NCBI GenBank assembly: GCA_963708075.1
Contig: OY970194.1
Span: forward strand, 6,880,001-6,944,000
Source of the DNA: Sedimentisphaerales bacterium
Lineage (GTDB): Bacteria; Planctomycetota; Phycisphaerae; Sedimentisphaerales; Anaerobacaceae
Direction of reading: 5' to 3'
Length of the DNA stretch: 64,000 bases
Positions 62,610-64,000 of this stretch are shown piece by piece; the first letter of the stretch is position 1; every line of letters starts with the position of its first letter. Under the pieces are notes generated by a model. The model saw nothing but the letters and a program-made list of their open reading frames with translations, had not been told where the DNA came from and did not search any database. The position numbers and the translations under genes are program-made.

Positions 62610-64000
62610 ATGAGATTTGAAATGAACCGACGGGAATTCCTGAAAGGAATCGGCTTGACGGTCGCCGCGGTGGTCATGCCGGGATGCAGCCGTTCTTTGC
62701 GAGAGGTATCGGCGAGCGACAAGGATCGGCCCCCGAACTTTGTGATCGTCTTCATTGACGATATGGGCTATGCCGATGTCGGGTGCTTCGGCGCTCAGGG
62801 GTACGAGACGCCGAACATCGACCGGTTGGCGGCCGAGGGTACGCGATTCACCGACTTCTATGCGGCCTCCTCTGTGTGCACGCCGTCCCGGGCGGCGCTG
62901 CTGACCGGCTGCTATCCCCAGCGGGTGGGTCTGCCCAACGTCTTGGGCCCGCGAGCGAAAATCGGCATCAGCGATCAGGAAGTGACAATAGCCCAGATGC
63001 TCAAGCCGCTCGAGTACGCCACGGCATGCTTTGGCAAATGGCACTTGGGCGATGAGCCGCAATTTCTGCCCACCCGCCACGGCTTCGACGAGTATTTCGG
63101 CCTGCCCTATTCCAACGATATGCGGCCGCGTCATCCGGAGAATCCGAAGGCCTATCCGGAGTTGCCGCTCATCGAGGGCGACAAGGTTATCCAACTCGAT
63201 CCCGACCAGACGCAACTGACGACATGGTACACGGAACACGCCGTGCAATTCATCGAGAAGAACAAGGACCGCCCGTTCTTTCTGTACCTGCCGCACTCGA
63301 TGGTCCACGTTCCGCTGCACGTCTCGGACAAATTCAAAGGCAAGTCAAAACGCGGTCTCTTCGGCGATGTCGTCATGGAGATCGACTGGTCGGTCGGCCA
63401 GATCATGTCCACGCTGAAGCGCCTGGGTCTCGACAGGAACACGATGGTCGTATTCTGCTCGGACAACGGTCCCTGGCTCAGTTACGGCGATCATGCGGGC
63501 TCGGCCAAGCCGCTGCGCGAGGGCAAGGGTACAACCTTCGACGGTGGCCAGCGCGAGCCGACGATCATGCGATGGCCGGGCAGGATTCCCGGCGGCAAAG
63601 TCTGCCGCGAGCCGGTCTCCACGATGGATATCCTGCCGACGATTGCCCGCCTGACCGGCGCCAAGCTGCCCGACCACACCATCGACGGCAAAGACATCTG
63701 GCCGCTGATCGCCGGCGAGCGCGGGGCCAAGAGCCCGCACGAGGCGTTCTTCTACTATCAGGCTTGGGCTCTGGAGGCGGTCCGTAGCGGCAAGTGGAAG
63801 CTGCACCTGCCGCACAATTACCGCACGCTGAACGGCCGGCCGGGTGGCACCGGAGGCATACCCGCCAAGTACGAGCAGGCTGAGATCGATGTGGCCCTGT
63901 TCGACCTCGAAAACGATATCGGCGAGCAGCATAACGTGGCGGTAGAACACTCGGACGTCGTGGAACGCCTCACGCAGATGGCCGACCGTATGCGACAGGA
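62610..64000 (+). CDS. Tat-exported sulfatase, truncated by window end
   Basis: NRREFL; IDDMGY; CTPSR; GKWHLG; open to 64000. Confidence 0.9.
   Translation, partial: MRFEMNRREFLKGIGLTVAAVVMPGCSRSLREVSASDKDRPPNFVIVFIDDMGYADVGCFGAQGYETPNIDRLAAEGTRFTDFYAASSVCTPSRAALLTGCYPQRVGLPNVLGPRAKIGISDQEVTIAQMLKPLEYATACFGKWHLGDEPQFLPTRHGFDEYFGLPYSNDMRPRHPENPKAYPELPLIEGDKVIQLDPDQTQLTTWYTEHAVQFIEKNKDRPFFLYLPHSMVHVPLHVSDKFKGKSKRGLFGDVVMEIDWSVGQIMSTLKRLGLDRNTMVVFCSDNGPWLSYGDHAGSAKPLREGKGTTFDGGQREPTIMRWPGRIPGGKVCREPVSTMDILPTIARLTGAKLPDHTIDGKDIWPLIAGERGAKSPHEAFFYYQAWALEAVRSGKWKLHLPHNYRTLNGRPGGTGGIPAKYEQAEIDVALFDLENDIGEQHNVAVEHSDVVERLTQMADRMRQ

Overview
GC-rich bacterial window. Gene content (Tat-exported sulfatases, LamG-repeat secreted protein, HNH-AP2 gene, acidic HTH membrane protein) suggests a Planctomycetota/Phycisphaerae genome (inference). 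The backbone encodes a NAGPA-like glycosidase, MurQ-like etherase, serine hydrolase, LptG-like permease, tRNA-Pro(UGG)+YbaK, alanine symporter, MetF-MetV-pterin-binding fusion, S41 peptidase, MgtE, ECF sigma/anti-sigma, ZupT, GH141-like protein, MFS, a CzcCBA-like RND system and four sulfatases. There is one ISKra4-like IS. The main unexplained structure lies at 6.5-31.5 kb. Two RAYT-like Y1 (HUH) transposase genes, plus a truncated copy, co-occur with a family of short GGGGTCAC/GGGGACAC sites. These sites bracket AT-richer cargo (Rhs toxin tip + immunity, NDT/TIR-like + SIR2 pair, MTase-endonuclease fusion), cut Rhs at the core/tip junction and carry tandem micro-duplications. A five-copy element (sigma70 promoter + conserved ~85-nt non-coding sequence) points into such a site in every copy. 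Together this looks like an integron-like, HUH-driven cassette system I cannot match to a described one. Intergenic DNA is dense with GTAG-type REP/REPIN hairpins and heptamer repeats, some inserted in-frame in genes. Six genes have single indels that may be assembly errors.
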